Both the position numbers and the translations under genes were made by a program. Shown here piece after piece: positions 40,212 to 54,664 of a stretch of DNA of 64,000 nucleotides. The DNA is from Octopus vulgaris (lineage: Eukaryota). The stretch is taken from assembly GCA_951406725.2 (NCBI GenBank), contig OX597822.1, positions 87,916,001-87,980,000 of the forward strand, read 5' to 3'. Each line of letters opens with the position of its first letter. Position 1 is the stretch's first letter. The notes beneath the pieces were generated by a model. That model saw only the letters and a program-made list of their open reading frames with translations, was not told where the DNA came from and made no database searches.

Positions 40212-42549
40212 TGTATACAAGACGTAGTTAAATGCATATAATGGAAAATATTTCTTTGATTTATCAGTGGATTAAATTTAACAAGTTTTCTAGTTTTGTT
40301 GGAATGACTTTTGAAAAGTCAACGAAGAATCTACTGCTATCTGGAACGAAGCTACAGGTGTCTTTAAAATGTGGCAGACTCCTTGATCATAACACAAAAC
40401 GACCGCCTTGTATAGCTTACCTCTTTATACTTGCGATTAGATCAAAAGATAAGTCTCGTGTCACTTCACAGGAAATGACTTCGAAGGACTGGGTTGATAA
40501 TATAAAAGGTTTAATAGAAATATGAGAGGCAAGTGAGAAAGGTGATTTTTACGTCTGCCAGAAAATATAATAGATAATGTTAACGGTGGGTTCTTGTCTG
40601 AAGAAGAAAGTGTCTATTGAAACAGTTGCTTGAGATATTTATAGGCGTGGGATATATTCAATGGAAGTCAGCCTCGAAGTAGGTTAATGTGTGTGTGGGG
40701 TTTGTGTGTTCTGCGTTTGCTAACCTAGGAGCCAGTTACACCTTTGTTTGCCTAGTCTTGAGAAGCGGATATGCAACCCATTTTCAGCTTGTGACATTTC
40801 GTTTAGATAACCATATTAGCTTTAGCTTTCTTCTCTCACACAATGCTCCTTTAAGGTCTTCACAGTATGTATAGTATTGTCTTGAATGACTTTTCGTTAT
40901 GCTTACCGTCAAGGTATTCCTCCTCAACTGATGAGATTACCATTGCTTGACCAAATAAAATAGTTTAAACCTTTCCTTAAATTATGAAATAAATAATCAC
41001 TTATATTCTAATTCACTTCTCCATGATTCTTCACTAAAAGTGAAATTTTTTTTGTTGCTGTCTCGTATTTACTCTATTTGGCTATTTCTGTTTTAGTGGT
41101 TTATTGAAACTGAAGTAAAATTTTAAGAACTTAAAAACAACCCGACACAACAAAATTTACTTTAGTCCCTGTATGGTGCTACAAGAATATATTTTTTACT
41201 TCTTAAGCATTTACGTACATTCAATGTACGTAAATAGTAATCGCTATAACAGGAAATAATACATTGGCGTTCCAGTTATGACTACCTTGTTTTACTCTCA
41301 AGTGTTTCCAGGGTTACTTGGCTTTCATTTGTACAACTCTTGAGGGAGTAAATATATTGTTTATCTGCGCCTGTCGCCAGCCAGTCACTTTTGTCGTTTA
41401 TTGTCTACCTTTTCATTATTCTTGTTACTCTCTCTCTCTTTCTATATTATGAAATAGTCAAAGGAAAGGACTATCTTAGAAGACAAGTGTTTTCTACCAT
41501 AGTCTTATCTTGACCAAAACATTGTGACTAAAATTTGGTAGGAAGAAACTGTATAGGATTCTGTCAAAGATACCTTTATTTTTTTTTTTATTATTCTAGA
41601 CTTAATATATCGTCTGGTTTATCAATTACCACATTGTGAAAATTCTGAAAGTCAAATAATTTAAATCTTGACATTATCATTGTTCCCGTTCCGATCTTTC
41701 TAATTTACCTGGTTTATTCTTTACGAGTTAAATTGCTTTGGACTAGAACGAGTTAACGATTTGGTTTCTTTATTCTTCTTCCTCTAAAAGTAAATGACGA
41801 TGAATATGCGATTCTTCAGTTCTATCTCGTAATTGGTATCTGGTTTCACTCATGTATTTGAGTGGCTTCCTGCACAGCGTTTTGTTCAGCCTTCAGTTAC
41901 GAAGACTAAAACAGCTGAAGCATATTCAAGTCATTCGTTAAGCACATTTCTCATTTTCTTATTGAATCACTGACTTATTTAAAATAATTTGCTTCTGTCA
42001 ATAAAGTCAAGTGTTCGAGGAAGTGCAAAAAAAAAAAAAAAAAAAATTCACGTATATAGCAAGAGAGAGAGAGAGAAAAAAAAGAATTGTTTGTGATTAA
42101 ACCGACCTCTCAAACTAAAATCTTCAAATAACCTATCCGGAAGTTGTCTGCTTTTGCCCGGAAATAACTTGTTCACGCCGTTACTATTGCTTATTAGTAA
42201 GCAGTCGATTTAAATTTTAGTTGTTATTCAACATGCGTTAACAATGACAACATTAGGAAGACAATCTTAAGAATATATTTCACTTCTCAGTCTATTTGAC
42301 CCAAATTACAATGTATATATAAAATAAAATAAAAGTAGTGATTTTGAAGTAGTATTACCATATTACTTATTAATCACACATTTATGTATTTTGTTAGTTA
42401 TTTGTTCTGGTGAAAACAATTTAAAATAAAATACACCCATTTTCAAAAACTAATTACTCACTTAAAACTATTTTTAAAGCAATTTTCCTGGAAAATTACA
42501 TTTCTTGTTTTTTTTTTCTCTTTGTATTATTATTAATTCCCTTAAAATA

Positions 42550-42970
42550 AAGCGGCGAGTTGGTAGAATCATTAGCACGCCGAAGAAAATGTTTCGCATC
42601 ATTTCGTCCGTCTTGACGTTTCTTTACCTTTGGGGGAGTCTCCGAAATAAGTACCAGTTAAGTACTGGTATCGATGTAATCGACTTACCCCACCCAAAAA
42701 TTTCAGGCCTTGTGCCTATAGTAGAAAAGATTATTATTCCCTTAAAACAAGCGGCGAGGTGGCAGAATCTTTAGGGCATCGAACAAAATACGCTGACATA
42801 TTTATTCCTACTCTTCGCATTTTGAGTTCAATTCTCGCCGAAGTCAACTTCTCCTTTCATCTTTCCAGGGAGGGGGGGGTCATTAAAATAGAGTACCTGT
42901 CAAATACTAAAGTCGCTGTAATTGACTAACTTCCTCCCACTAAAATTGCTGACGTTGTGCCAAAAGTTTG
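42550..42970 (+). mobile_element. Two tandem SINE family 2 copies
   Basis: GCGGCGAG heads at ~42552 and ~42751, each preceded by ATTCCCTTAAAA. Confidence 0.75.
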
Positions 42971-43307
42971 AACCTTATTCCCGAGTAGAATTATGAGAGC
43001 GTCGTGCAATGTGCTCAACGGCATTTCTTCCGGCTCTTCACGGTCTGAGTTCAAAAACCACAGAGGTCAATTCTGCATCTGTTTCAGGCGTGTTGTGTCT
43101 GAAAGGGTCAAATAAAAAGGAATGGCACAATGTTGCTGTTGTTAAAATGTGGAGAGAAAAAATGTATTTAGCGCTTCCTGTAAGACCATCAAAATTGTCC
43201 CCACTGAATGTTTCTTTTCTTTTTTTTTTTTATCTATATCAGCAATGTAGTGATAGAGGTCGAGGTATATGACTGATCTATCTCTGATTATGAAAAGGGC
43301 CAAAACG

Positions 43308-43721
43308 AGCACATTTACTGTTTGAACGGCAGTTTTTTTCTAGCCGTGTCATATGAAATTGTCACCCATAATTATGACCCTAGTATCGATCTATTGCATT
43401 TCAACCTATTTTAGGGTTAGGGTTAGGGGTGGGGGGAAGGCTATCTTTTTTTCTTCTCAAATGTAAATAAACCCAATCTGTTTCTTAAACGAGGGACAAA
43501 TTCATACGGCACAGAATGTTTTCATCTCAATAGACGGTCAGTGATTGGTTGAAATTGCCGAAATGCAAGAAATTAAAGACCAAATATCTTACAAACTAAA
43601 GAATTTTCTCAATAAAGCCAAGAGAAAAAGATGTTTTATAAACAAATTCTACCAGTATACGAAGTTTAAAATAGTTACCTAGAAATTATGTTAAAAACTG
43701 CCATTCAAACCGAAAAGATCC
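43308..43721 (+). mobile_element. Merlin-like MITE with damaged left end
   Basis: Body matches 12098-12519; right TIR essentially intact. Confidence 0.88.
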
Positions 43722-46700
43722 TTGCCAAGAAATCACAATGACGACTTTTATTCTACAATGTATAATCTAGGAACACATTATAAAATGTGTCCGTTTCTCT
43801 TCAGTGCAGTAGGGTTATTATATAAGTGGAATTTAGCTGTTATTTCTACCAAATGCAACCGCTTCGATGAGACTCCTTTAGTAATTTAAGTAGGTACGTT
43901 AGGTACGTCACGCAACATGGAATGGAATGTGGTAGTATATACAAAAATGTTTATTCAGGTCAGCTCGGCTTCAGTTAACATAAACCAGTTCTTTATCTGG
44001 GCAGTAGTTTCCCCTCTGGAGCATTATGAGCTCATAAGGAGGCGCTGTGTGTTTAGAAGGGTCGTGATTATTGTTAGAAATAAAGTATTTAAACCAGGTA
44101 CAATATTAATATTTTTAAATATATTTAGAAACAAAAATCTTTGTCAGGATTAAAATATGAGCAGTTCATATTAGAGAATAGAAATATGACAGATGACAAA
44201 CCAATGCGCAAGTAATTTGCATCCCACTACAAGAAAGAAAAAAAACCTCAAACCCCACAAAACGAATAAACATAGAAAACAAAACATAGGTAGGGCGCAT
44301 TTATAATATGTAATTCAGTGAAAGCGGGGCCGCTGAGCTACACAAAAGGTTGCAGCCCACCAAAACCAGTACAATTTTGTTAGAAACGGGTTCAAATACG
44401 AATGTAAATTGTTGAATTAGAGGGAAATGCTCATTGCTGGCAGTTCCCTATATTTCATTCCCAACACCTTTAGGGATAAAGGCATCTCATAGCTTCATAT
44501 TTTTCTGTCATTTTACTATTCAAGTATTCAGTCTGTTGTGTAATTAATTTTAATCATTTCTGTGATATTTGTTTCCTTAAATCGTGTCACGGGAAATCAT
44601 CTCAACGAAGTAGAATCAAATTAAAAGCTACCCCATTTTGACTAAAACAACCAATTTGCTGGGAAGAAAAATAGTCGATTGGTATTGATTTCAGTACATA
44701 ACTGGTATATGTTTCATCGCTCCTACTGAGAAGAAAGACAAATAAAACTTTGAGGATATTTCTTGTTTAGCAATAGAACTGATTAATTGTTGGTTGCCGC
44801 TATTTCATTTACTTTCACTTCTATCATTCAATGATTTTGAGTTCTGAGTGGTTTTTCCCCGGACCATTTTACTTCGCTTATATTGGGAAAGGCATGAACG
44901 CTACAAATTTGTGTTTTTGCTCACATGTCGAATTGATAATAAATCCTCTGTGAATCGGATTCCACTATCAAGTTTTGATTCCTAAGTCAGAACAATTTTT
45001 CAACACCAAAACAATGAATTCAACGTCGCATTTTCTTAAACTTCTTCATAACTCTGTAACATTGAGACTGGAGTTTCTCATTACTGAAACTACAATGGAA
45101 GCTCTATACCACAAAACTGTCATAGAAGACCCCTAGTTTGGCAACTGTCATATGAGATATAGCCCTTCCCTTTCTACTGTTTAATTTGGAGTTCCTTCAT
45201 AATTATATTCTTTTTAAAAGCACTGATTGTTGTTGACTCTAAAAAGGTAAGGAGCTGTTAGGGTAGCGGCTAATTCAGCTGTATAGTTATCTTTCTTTAT
45301 GGAGATATTTAATGACATGCTATCAAATAGAGTTCTTTTGTAGAGCTGTAGTATAATTATTACTTATTGTCGTCTGTTTGTGTCTGTGTTTGTATAGTCT
45401 TTCGTTTTCTTTCTTTCTTTCTTTTTTCACTTTACGCCCTATTTTTTTGTGCAAGGAGATCTGAATAACGAAGACGTGTAGAAAGAGAGAAAGAGCAAGA
45501 AAAGAAGAAAACTAAAGTCAAGAGAGAGAAAGAGAGAGAGAGAGAGATTGAAAGAGAAAGAGGGGCAGAAACTGAGTGAGAAGGAACTGCTTGTACTTCC
45601 AAGAGACACAAATCTCTGAACCTGTGAGAATGGTGAATGATTTAATCAAAAACGTACCCCTAAATACTCGAGCTGTAGTACCTTGGGTCCTTGAACCTTG
45701 TACAAAAGAGCCCGTTGTTCCTTGGATACACGAAAGGTTGAATTTACTACTCCGAGTAAGCAAACATGTCACTATCATCTGGTGGAATCGTTAGAGTATC
45801 GGACAAAATGACTCGCAATATTTAGTTGATTGTATTTTAAGTTCGAATCATTTTCGAAGTCAACAATCATCCTTCATAGGCCGATACCTCCCTTCTCTGG
45901 GGCACGTTACACTAAAAAATGAATTATTTCATATATATATGGTAGGTTGGGCGTCATAATCAGCTCAGAACAGTTATCTCAACAAGCGCAAAGCCTATTC
46001 ACAAACAGTATGTCAGTAATTATCTTGACTTGTAATAAAACGTTAAATATAACATATGAGCCTTTCGTTTTTAGTATATCGTTGTGGCTAATGGGGGCGC
46101 CTCAAGCCCTCTATGCTTTTGGGCCGGGGCTAGCGTTATACACGAGACAAAAAACGTCAATCTTCAGCCTTTGTAGAGTAGAAGGGTCCACTAACAATTC
46201 TCTAATTGAGCTCCGCACTTCCTATGCTGGCCCTGCTTCCCCTAGTTATACCTAATACACACCGAGATAAAGCATTAACGTTACAATATTCCATTTAATT
46301 TTCTCATAAAACCTTCAGCATTATTCCAATATTAAAAATTCACTCATTTTTTGTGATGAAAATGGCACAAAGACAGGAAAGAGTTAAATTGTCGCATCTA
46401 ATTTACTTTATTTAGCTGATTATCTCCTGGCAGATCTTTGTTCAGATATTATGCGAATTTATCTTCCACACCCACGATAAAATATTTATCCATATAATAT
46501 AATTACTAGAGTAATTATACTGGGAAAAATTCCTATTGTTGTTGCAGGTCATTATTTTAATATGAGTAGATGACTTCTATTTGTTTGTTTTTTTATCAAA
46601 ATATTATTTTAGTTATCTCCTATCTGGGAAAGACTAATTACTTAATACTTCACTAAAGAGGTTTTATGACACCAAAATATCTCCAGAATTGTCATACCAA

Positions 46701-47857
46701 ACTTCAGACTTACTTTCCATTGCAGTCTACCAATGCCATTTTAATTTCAGAATTGTCTCCCTTGTGTTTAAAAAAAAAAATTTTTTTTAAAGTTTTAATT
46801 ACAGCAGTGGACCAGACCTACCTCTTAATGGTACCTATTTCTGGTTCGAGCCATTGAGAGAACTTTGACCGTCTTGAAAAAAAAATAAAAAAAGAGAGAG
46901 AGGGAAATACGTTAGATAATATAGTCTTATAAATCCCTAAAAGGACGGAATAGTAACGGCTGAGGTCGATAGACTGGGGTTCCGCATCAGTTACCTTGCC
47001 TGTGGATACAGACAACGCTAGAGATAAGATCTGAAATATTGGTGACTGATTTCGCCTGATATTCCAGCAACCCTATCAACTTGCCTGAGTGAACCCCTAC
47101 TTAATCACTCAATCTGCTAGCAATAGTAGTGAATTCTTCCTCAAATCACACTCGTTTTTTTTTTTGTTCTTTCCACCACCTGTACACCAAACGACACCCG
47201 TGGTGGTTTGCTTTATTGACTCTATGTATTTGTCAGGGGGTGGGGAACGAACGCAAGATTGGTTTCCTGTTGCTTTCGTTCTTTTTTTTTATTACCCTGC
47301 GCGTGGAAGCGAAAGCAGGGTCTTGTAATCACTTGTCTTTGTCTCTGTGTTTGCAAATTTACTAGAAAACGGCTGAACGAAGTTTCACCAAATTTGACAG
47401 AAATACTCATTGGGTGAATGGATGGAAATGATGAAAATTTAGTTTGATTATCTTCAAACATACATCAACACATACATAGATATACGACTCGGTGTGTGTG
47501 AGCGTGCGTGCATGTGTGTGTGTGTGTACAGTGATGGATTCGAGGGTTTCCTTTGTTTCCGAGTTGATTTCTTAATTTCACCGGAGTATAAGTACCTATA
47601 ATGATGATACTTAAAAAAGAAATATGTTTTTTAAAAATCGAACTTACAAATTTCCCGATGAGCAAGTCGTCATGTTACTTATATCGTACTTACAATACTT
47701 ACAGTATATAAACGAGCTTACAGTAAGTTTGATTCACCCGCCATCATTGAAAGACGTTGCTATGCAATATTTTTTTTAGTATTTCATTTTGTTCGCTTTC
47801 ATTTTCTATGTGTGTAGACACGTGTGGGTACATACATACATACACAAATACTCGACT

Positions 47858-47892
<35 letters not shown>

Positions 47893-48029
47893 CGGTGATG
47901 GATTCGAGTTGATTTCTTAATTTCACCGTTCTTAGGTGTCTAATCCTCTTTTAATCAAATACTTACAAAGCTTAATTCAGTTCAGCTAACGTCGCTTACA
48001 ATGGCTTACAATGCGCTGCTTAACCATGC

Positions 48030-48530
48030 TTTTTAGTTGAACGTCGGCGTAAATTCACGTTTAACTATCTTCTTAGATGCAGTAAACGATGTCATTTGAA
48101 ATGCAGAGTTGTATTGTCTGATATTGTTCTGAAAATCCTTTGACTGGATGGAAGTGCCTTGTAGAAGATCTATAAGAGGTTGAGAAGGAGCTGGTAGTGC
48201 TGGCGCCTGAGCAGCACATACCATTTGTTTCATTTGAAAATTTTAAAGCTCTACAGAAACGACAATTTGTGTTTAGCAACACCAATTTGGACAGAGTTAT
48301 CAGTTTTATAAGAATGGGATGGATCATATCTGAAAACAGCTTCAGGAGTTTTGAAGAACGAATTTGTAACATTGATTTAATGATCCAGCATTAAGTGCTG
48401 CAACATGCATTTGCTGATCTTGAGAAAATCTCATCTCGCTTTTCTCTTCCGACCCTCGCCTTAGGTTTTCTACAATCCTCCTTGCTTTATACTTGTTTCT
48501 GGAGAGATTACGTCTTTCTTTTGGTAGCAT
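48030..48530 (-). pseudogene. Helitron RepHel N-terminal fragment
   Basis: CRFCRALKFSNETNGMCCSG, then LIDLLQG..SKDFQNNIRQYNSAFQMTSF, the conserved pre-Rep Helitron motif. Frameshifted. Confidence 0.85.
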
Positions 48531-49090
48531 ATTTTATTTCAATATTGTAAACAAAAGATTATGAACATAAGAAAGAAATTATATATTAATCCCTATTTTT
48601 GTAAGCAGCTGTATGTATGTGGTATGTTTTTATTTTTGTATGCAGTATAAATTAATCAAATAGAAGCACACGTATGAACTGCTAATTCAACTGCAAATGC
48701 CACATTAATTATTATAGATAAATTTCTTAATATATATATATATATATAAATGTTAATTTAAGGGTAAATATGTAACTGTAAATACCTTGCAACCTTGCAA
48801 CTGCTGCGATAATTATTAACTGGTAATTGAACGGTATATGCATATTTTTATATAACTTGGACCTGCCACCTTATTGTTTTTTGTCAAGAGTTTCACCTCC
48901 AGCCGTTCGTTATGTCAGTCAACACATACACTGACACACCATTCTGCTGTGGTGGCTCATTTTGTGTTTCTCCCGCTCATTCCGTAAAAATTTATTTGAA
49001 GAGAGCAGAAATTGAAAGAAGAGAAAGCGAAAAGGACAGAGAGAAAGAAAGTGAAAGATTTATGTACGTGTATATGAAATGGATGTGTAT

Positions 49091-49133
<43 letters not shown>

Positions 49134-51284
49134 TGAGAGAGAGAGAGAGAGTTAAGGTGTATGTCGTGATGATTGATGTCTTTTAAGGTACGCACACATA
49201 TAGAAAATGTGACGTCATCGTCGTCGTCGTATAAAATGTTTACGATATTTGATTTACGGAAAAGATCATAATGTTAAATTTTTGAAATGCAAATATGTGA
49301 ATGGAAATTAGGTCTAATTTGTAGCCGAAATAGTACTGAATTTGTTGATACTCCATACGTCAAAATCGGTAACTCGGTTTTGGAATGCATAAGGAATATA
49401 CATACATGCATACATGCATGAATGACAGACTTCTTTCGAACTGAAAGTATTATCTCACGTTACAATAGAGACGTAATACTGAAATAGTGTAAGAGATAAG
49501 AGATTGCTCTGGGCTCGCATTAGGCAAGAAGTTGGGGATTTTTGGGGCCCATGACACTGCATGGACCTTGGCTTTTGTATTTGGCGACTGTTGCTTTAAG
49601 TATTTTATTTCTATTTTCACTGACGTAGTGGTAAGAACAACTTAATACGTGAGAGTAGTTTCGAATAAAAATGGAAGTTTTAATCATCTGACGGACAGGC
49701 AAACATTACAAAAATTGCGATTCTCACTTTGAAACTGACAATTTTGAAAATATTATAAGCGCACAAACAGACAGATAGAACGGGATTTATATATTAGATG
49801 ATCATGCATGGAATTCCTTTGGTCTTATATCTACTCTATCGAGCTGATCTGGGACTAACACCAACTAAACAGAAATTTGCCGGAGGACGAGACACTTGAA
49901 GTCTCTATGACAGTCATGGACAAACTGCGATCCACGGGATTTTCTGAATTGTACGTCTAAATGTAAATTACCTTGATTTCTTTGAGTTATATCACATGCA
50001 GCCCGATTCTAGAAAAAGATTGCCCATGCCTGCTCTATGTGGTCGCAAAGTTTACTAGACATGGTAATCAAATCATCTTCAAACTACATTCTACCGTTTT
50101 TATGGCCACATTGTATCATGTACTCCAGGATACACGATGTCTGAAAAAAAAAAAAGATAGGATGGGATGGTCTTAGTAAGAATGACTATGATCTACTTGT
50201 ACAGGGCTAACCTGGCTTTAAATAATAGCACAAACAATATGATAGCTACCCATGTAATCCTGTCGACGATATCCGTACTAAAATATAACACAACAAATGC
50301 GCTTCCATTAGTCGAAAAAATTTCCTTTACTTGTTCTGACCTTCAGGGTCAAAATATCTGTCGTTGGTGAAGAGTTAAGTTATGTATGGCTCCGTCGTTG
50401 GTGGTGGTGTTGTTGTTGTTAGAGGTGGTTAGTTTCCTGCTGTAAAACATTTAATTATCAAGTGCGCATGCGATTTGTTACATCTAACTGTGGTGGGAAG
50501 GAAAGACTGATTAGTCATTGCGGGCTGTTGTAGTTAATGAGATGTTTTTTAATATAGCAACGCCTACCTCCTCCTACTCCACCTGAGTCTGCGACTAAGT
50601 TTTCAACTTCAGTCATTAAGAAGAAAAAACACGATCGACTCAACTTCCAATCTTTCTGTCTTTGAGCACAAAAGAAAGCAATAAAGGCAAAGTTCCCGCC
50701 TAGCCGAATCCCTCATAGCAGTTTCGATTTCCGTTGGAACACTGTTAAGGATCTTGAGAATACGTCACGTCCGTCATTATATAGTAGTATAAGTCCAAGC
50801 AAGTCCATTAAGCATGCGCGCCAACACACACACACACACACACACACATATTGTAAATCCATGCAAGTTAAAATCAGTACGGTGTGGTGGGGGAGAGAGA
50901 AAGAAAGAAATGACAAACACATTTATGTTATTTGTTCCCTGAGTACGTTTCAACCTTATGGTTATCTGGAACCTCTGCATTAAATGCTCCCAGTGCCATT
51001 GGTTGCTGAACCACAACAAATCGCCAGGGAAACATTTTATTTCATTCTGTTTACAGAAAATGTTTCATTGATGAGTTGTTGTGGCTCTGTATCCTATGCA
51101 GAGGTTACAAATAGCCACAATGGTGAAATATATGTAGAGAATAAATGTTATTAACTTGTGTTTATCATATTTTCTCCTATATTTGCTCAGTAATTCCTAG
51201 TATAGAAGTAACTGTAGGCAGGATGATGATACTCTACGATGATCCCTAAACTCACCAGTAACAGTCTTAGTAATCTAGTTGTAC

Positions 51285-51425
51285 CCGTGGTAAGTTTGCC
51301 TCCCAGCCACATGGTTCCGAGTTCAGTCCAACTGTGTGGCACCTTGAGTGTGTTCTACTGCAGCCTCGGGCAGGCCAAAGTTTTGTGAGTAGATTTAGTA
51401 GACGGAAACTGAAAGAAGCCCATGT
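51285..51425 (+). mobile_element. SINE family 1, 5' half
   Basis: CCACATGGTTCCGAGTTCAGTCC..GACGGAAACTGAAAGAAGCCC. Confidence 0.8.
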
Positions 51426-51463
51426 TGTGTGTGTGTATGTGCGTGTGTGTACATATACGTATA

Positions 51464-53228
51464 CAGAATCCGCAAAAAAAAAAATGTATGCACACTTCAG
51501 GAAAGGAAAAATCTATATAAACTTGTATCAGTACCCCTGCACTGAGTGTCAAATTATTAGGCAGCTCAGTATTTTTCTCAATGACAGAGTATTTATTCGT
51601 TTGACTCCAGATATTTTCCCACTGCAAGAGGATAACACCCATCTGCATGTACTGTACCAAAATAATCTGACCCACTCATACGTAAAGAAACAACGACGAC
51701 CATTTTTGTTAATAGGCATCATTTTTACCATCCTAAATTATTAGGTTGGTCTAATGAAAATGCTAATTATGCAAAAACAAAACATTTATTTAATGCGACA
51801 ATTAATTTAAACAACAAATAATCATAACAGACTTTATAATGAACATAATGTGTTTAAATGGAAATAATATGAGAAATATGACGTCATAAAGTTCTTAATG
51901 ATAGAAGTATGACCCTCCACATGAGAGAACGTCTTGACGCGTTTATTCATTGAACTTGTTAAGGTAACTATTTCATCTGGTGTAACGCTGTCAGCAGCAT
52001 CCACAATGGCTTCCCAGAGCGCATCTTTCGTTGAAAACTGCCGTCCATCTTGATATAACTCCCTCTTCAGAACACTCCATAGATTTTTAATCGGGTTTAA
52101 GTCGGGTGAACACGCTAGCCACTTCATCAAACGGTGTCCAGAGAAGCCTAATTGCTGTAGGTATTCCAGAAATTTCTTAGCTGCATGGGAGAGCACATTA
52201 TCTTGCATGAATACCAGCGTTCTCAACTTTCTGCTTCTTCAACTATGGCTTAAAATTGTCCTCCAGAAAGGCGACATAGGCATTAGATGTCATCTTAATA
52301 CCCTCTGGAACTTTCCAAGGACCAACCAACTTGTCTCCAATGATGCCAGCCCAAATCATGACTCCGCCTTTTCCCTTTGTTGGCGTCTCAAACGATGAGG
52401 ACGATCTCCGCTAATTGCAACCCATCCTTTACTCCACCCATCTGATCCGTCTAGGGAAGCACGGCATTCGTCAGTAAAGAGGACTTTTGAAAAATCTACC
52501 TTCATGTTGTCTTCTGCCCATTTGACTCTATTTTGTTTATGAACAGCCTTCAGAGGAGGTCTTGTAACAGGTTTTACGCGCTTGGCTACCTGCTTCAGGA
52601 GGCGACACCTGGTAGATTTCGAAATGTCTTCCCTACCACAACGTTTAAACACTCCTCGACTAGTCAGACACGAGTTCTTCACAACTTCCCTCATTATACG
52701 TGACAGGGTACAACCCTGTATTTACCCTTGTCAGCCCTCGAACGGACAGCAGAAGACTCCAGAAATTTCTTCACAGTTCGATAATTTCTTCCCAGGATCT
52801 TTGATATTGCTATTGTCGTTTTTGTTTTTTCCAAGCTCTGAGACGATGGTGGACTTCTCATTTCATGTTAAATCACGTTTTTGACCCATAATAACACTTT
52901 TTTGGGGCACTTGCCTAATAATTTAGGACGGTAAAATTGTTGCTGCTTCATGAAAATGGCCGCCGATTGTCTACATCTGCGCGGGTCCAATTCATTTTAT
53001 TACAGTATGCGCAGGCAGATATTGCCATCATTCAGTGAAAAAAAATAACTGGATTTGAACAAATAAATACTCTGTTATTTCGAAAAAACAGAGCTGCCTA
53101 ATAATTTGATACACAGTGTATAAATATAAATACCTCTTTCGATGTTTTACCAAATTGCCATAACATTGAATTAGAATATTTCATATAGATTTTTCCTTTC
53201 CGGAAGTATGTATACATTCTTTTGGCAG

Positions 53229-53232
<4 letters not shown>
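51464..53232. mobile_element. Tc1-like MITE hosting a nested Tc1
   Basis: Inverted ends CAG..ATGTATGCACACTTCAGGAAAGGAAAAATCTATAT / ATATAGATTTTTCCTTTCCGGAAGTATGTATACAT..CTG. Confidence 0.75.
51540..53118 (-). mobile_element. Full-length Tc1 (DD34E) transposon with inactivated transposase (~51870-52889)
   Basis: TIR CACTGxGTxTCAAATTATTAGGCAGCTC at both ends. VLFTDEC, FMQDN..H and WLACSPDLNPIKNLWS motifs. Confidence 0.93.
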
Positions 53233-53280
<48 letters not shown>

Positions 53281-53283
<3 letters not shown>

Positions 53284-54112
53284 GATGCGATGGGTAAATT
53301 GTCGTCTTATATTAATTTCGCTCATGCACATTGCTTAGTTTTGATTTTGTCGACTACACCGTGTAGTAGAGTCAGTTGGCCACCATCTGTGAGGAAAAAC
53401 AGCACCATGATGCAATTCACTCTGCCAGAAATTTGGAAATGACATGCTGTATTGCTTGGCATTTGCACCGGAAGTTCCAATACAAACATTTTAAGTGTTT
53501 GGGTGTCAATCTGAGGATTGCCGTATCCTCAAAACATGTACCAAGAGTGATAAAAATCAAACATCCAGTCAACATCATGGTATTTGGTGTGAACTCTAGT
53601 GACGGCGACGTTATGCCTCCATTCATCTTCCCACACGGCCTCGGACTCATCAGAGGCCTACATCAAGTGCCTGCCCTGGGTCAAGAGTGTGGCTGCTAGA
53701 AGACCCTATGTCCGGCAACAGAACTCTGCACCATGTCACGCAAGCAGGACAACCCAGTCATGGCTGTCAGACAATTTCTGCGACCACATCATCATTAACG
53801 TCTGGCCACCTAACTCCCTAGACTGCAACCGCCTTGATTATCATATGTGGGGCGCAGTTGAGAAAGAGACCAACAAAACTCATTGTAACACCAAAGATGA
53901 ACTGAAGGCAAGGATTATAGCAGCATTCACCAACTTAAACAAGGAAACCGTCCAGAAGAGTTGCAGAAGATCCCGCAGTCGTCTGGAGGCCATGGTTGAA
54001 ACCAACAGGCATTTTATTGAATAAATTTACTCTTTAGTATTTCAAGATATTTTAATGTAATTTTGGTAAATATATCTGTTAAGATGAGATGTCAGTGTTA
54101 TTGTCATTTTTG
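53281..54112 (+). mobile_element. maT (DD37D)-type Tc1/mariner element, internally deleted
   Basis: KHPVNIMVFG..SSDGDVMPPFIF, QQNSAPCH, WPPNSLDCNRLDYHMWG, RLEAMVE. Confidence 0.85.
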
Positions 54113-54578
54113 AGCACGCGCGCGTTTGCGAGTGTGTTTTTGAATATTTGTTATTTTGTTTTTATCAAATTAGGGTGTTCACTTACTTATTCAGGCTTTC
54201 TGCACTACTTCAACCTTTCTTATCTCGTTTCACCAAGTCAGGAGTGGCCATAATAATCTAACAACCCAGCCAGCTTGTTGATGTTAATAAATGACATGTT
54301 ATCTAATTTCTAAATAATGAATTCTTGATTCATAAGCAGCTAGCATTCATTTCCTCGGTTATTGAGTTGACGAACTATCGGACGAGACAACTGAAGTTAA
54401 TTAACTTCTATGTGTTCTCTCGATTTGCAAAAAACGGCAGCTAAATTGCTCTGAAACTATATCATGCCATCTTCACAAATGTAATGGTTGCAGCTGGAAT
54501 TAGGGCTAGATTTATGATCGTGTGAACCTGTTCTTTAGTGACATTATCAACCAGTCTGTCTGTTTGTCTCTCCTCCCC

Positions 54579-54664
<86 letters not shown>

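Noticed and set aside
40300-40530. Possible ancient RTE 3' end (KDWVDNIK), similarly 9790-10070 on the minus strand
   Set aside because: Too degenerate to support without an alignment.
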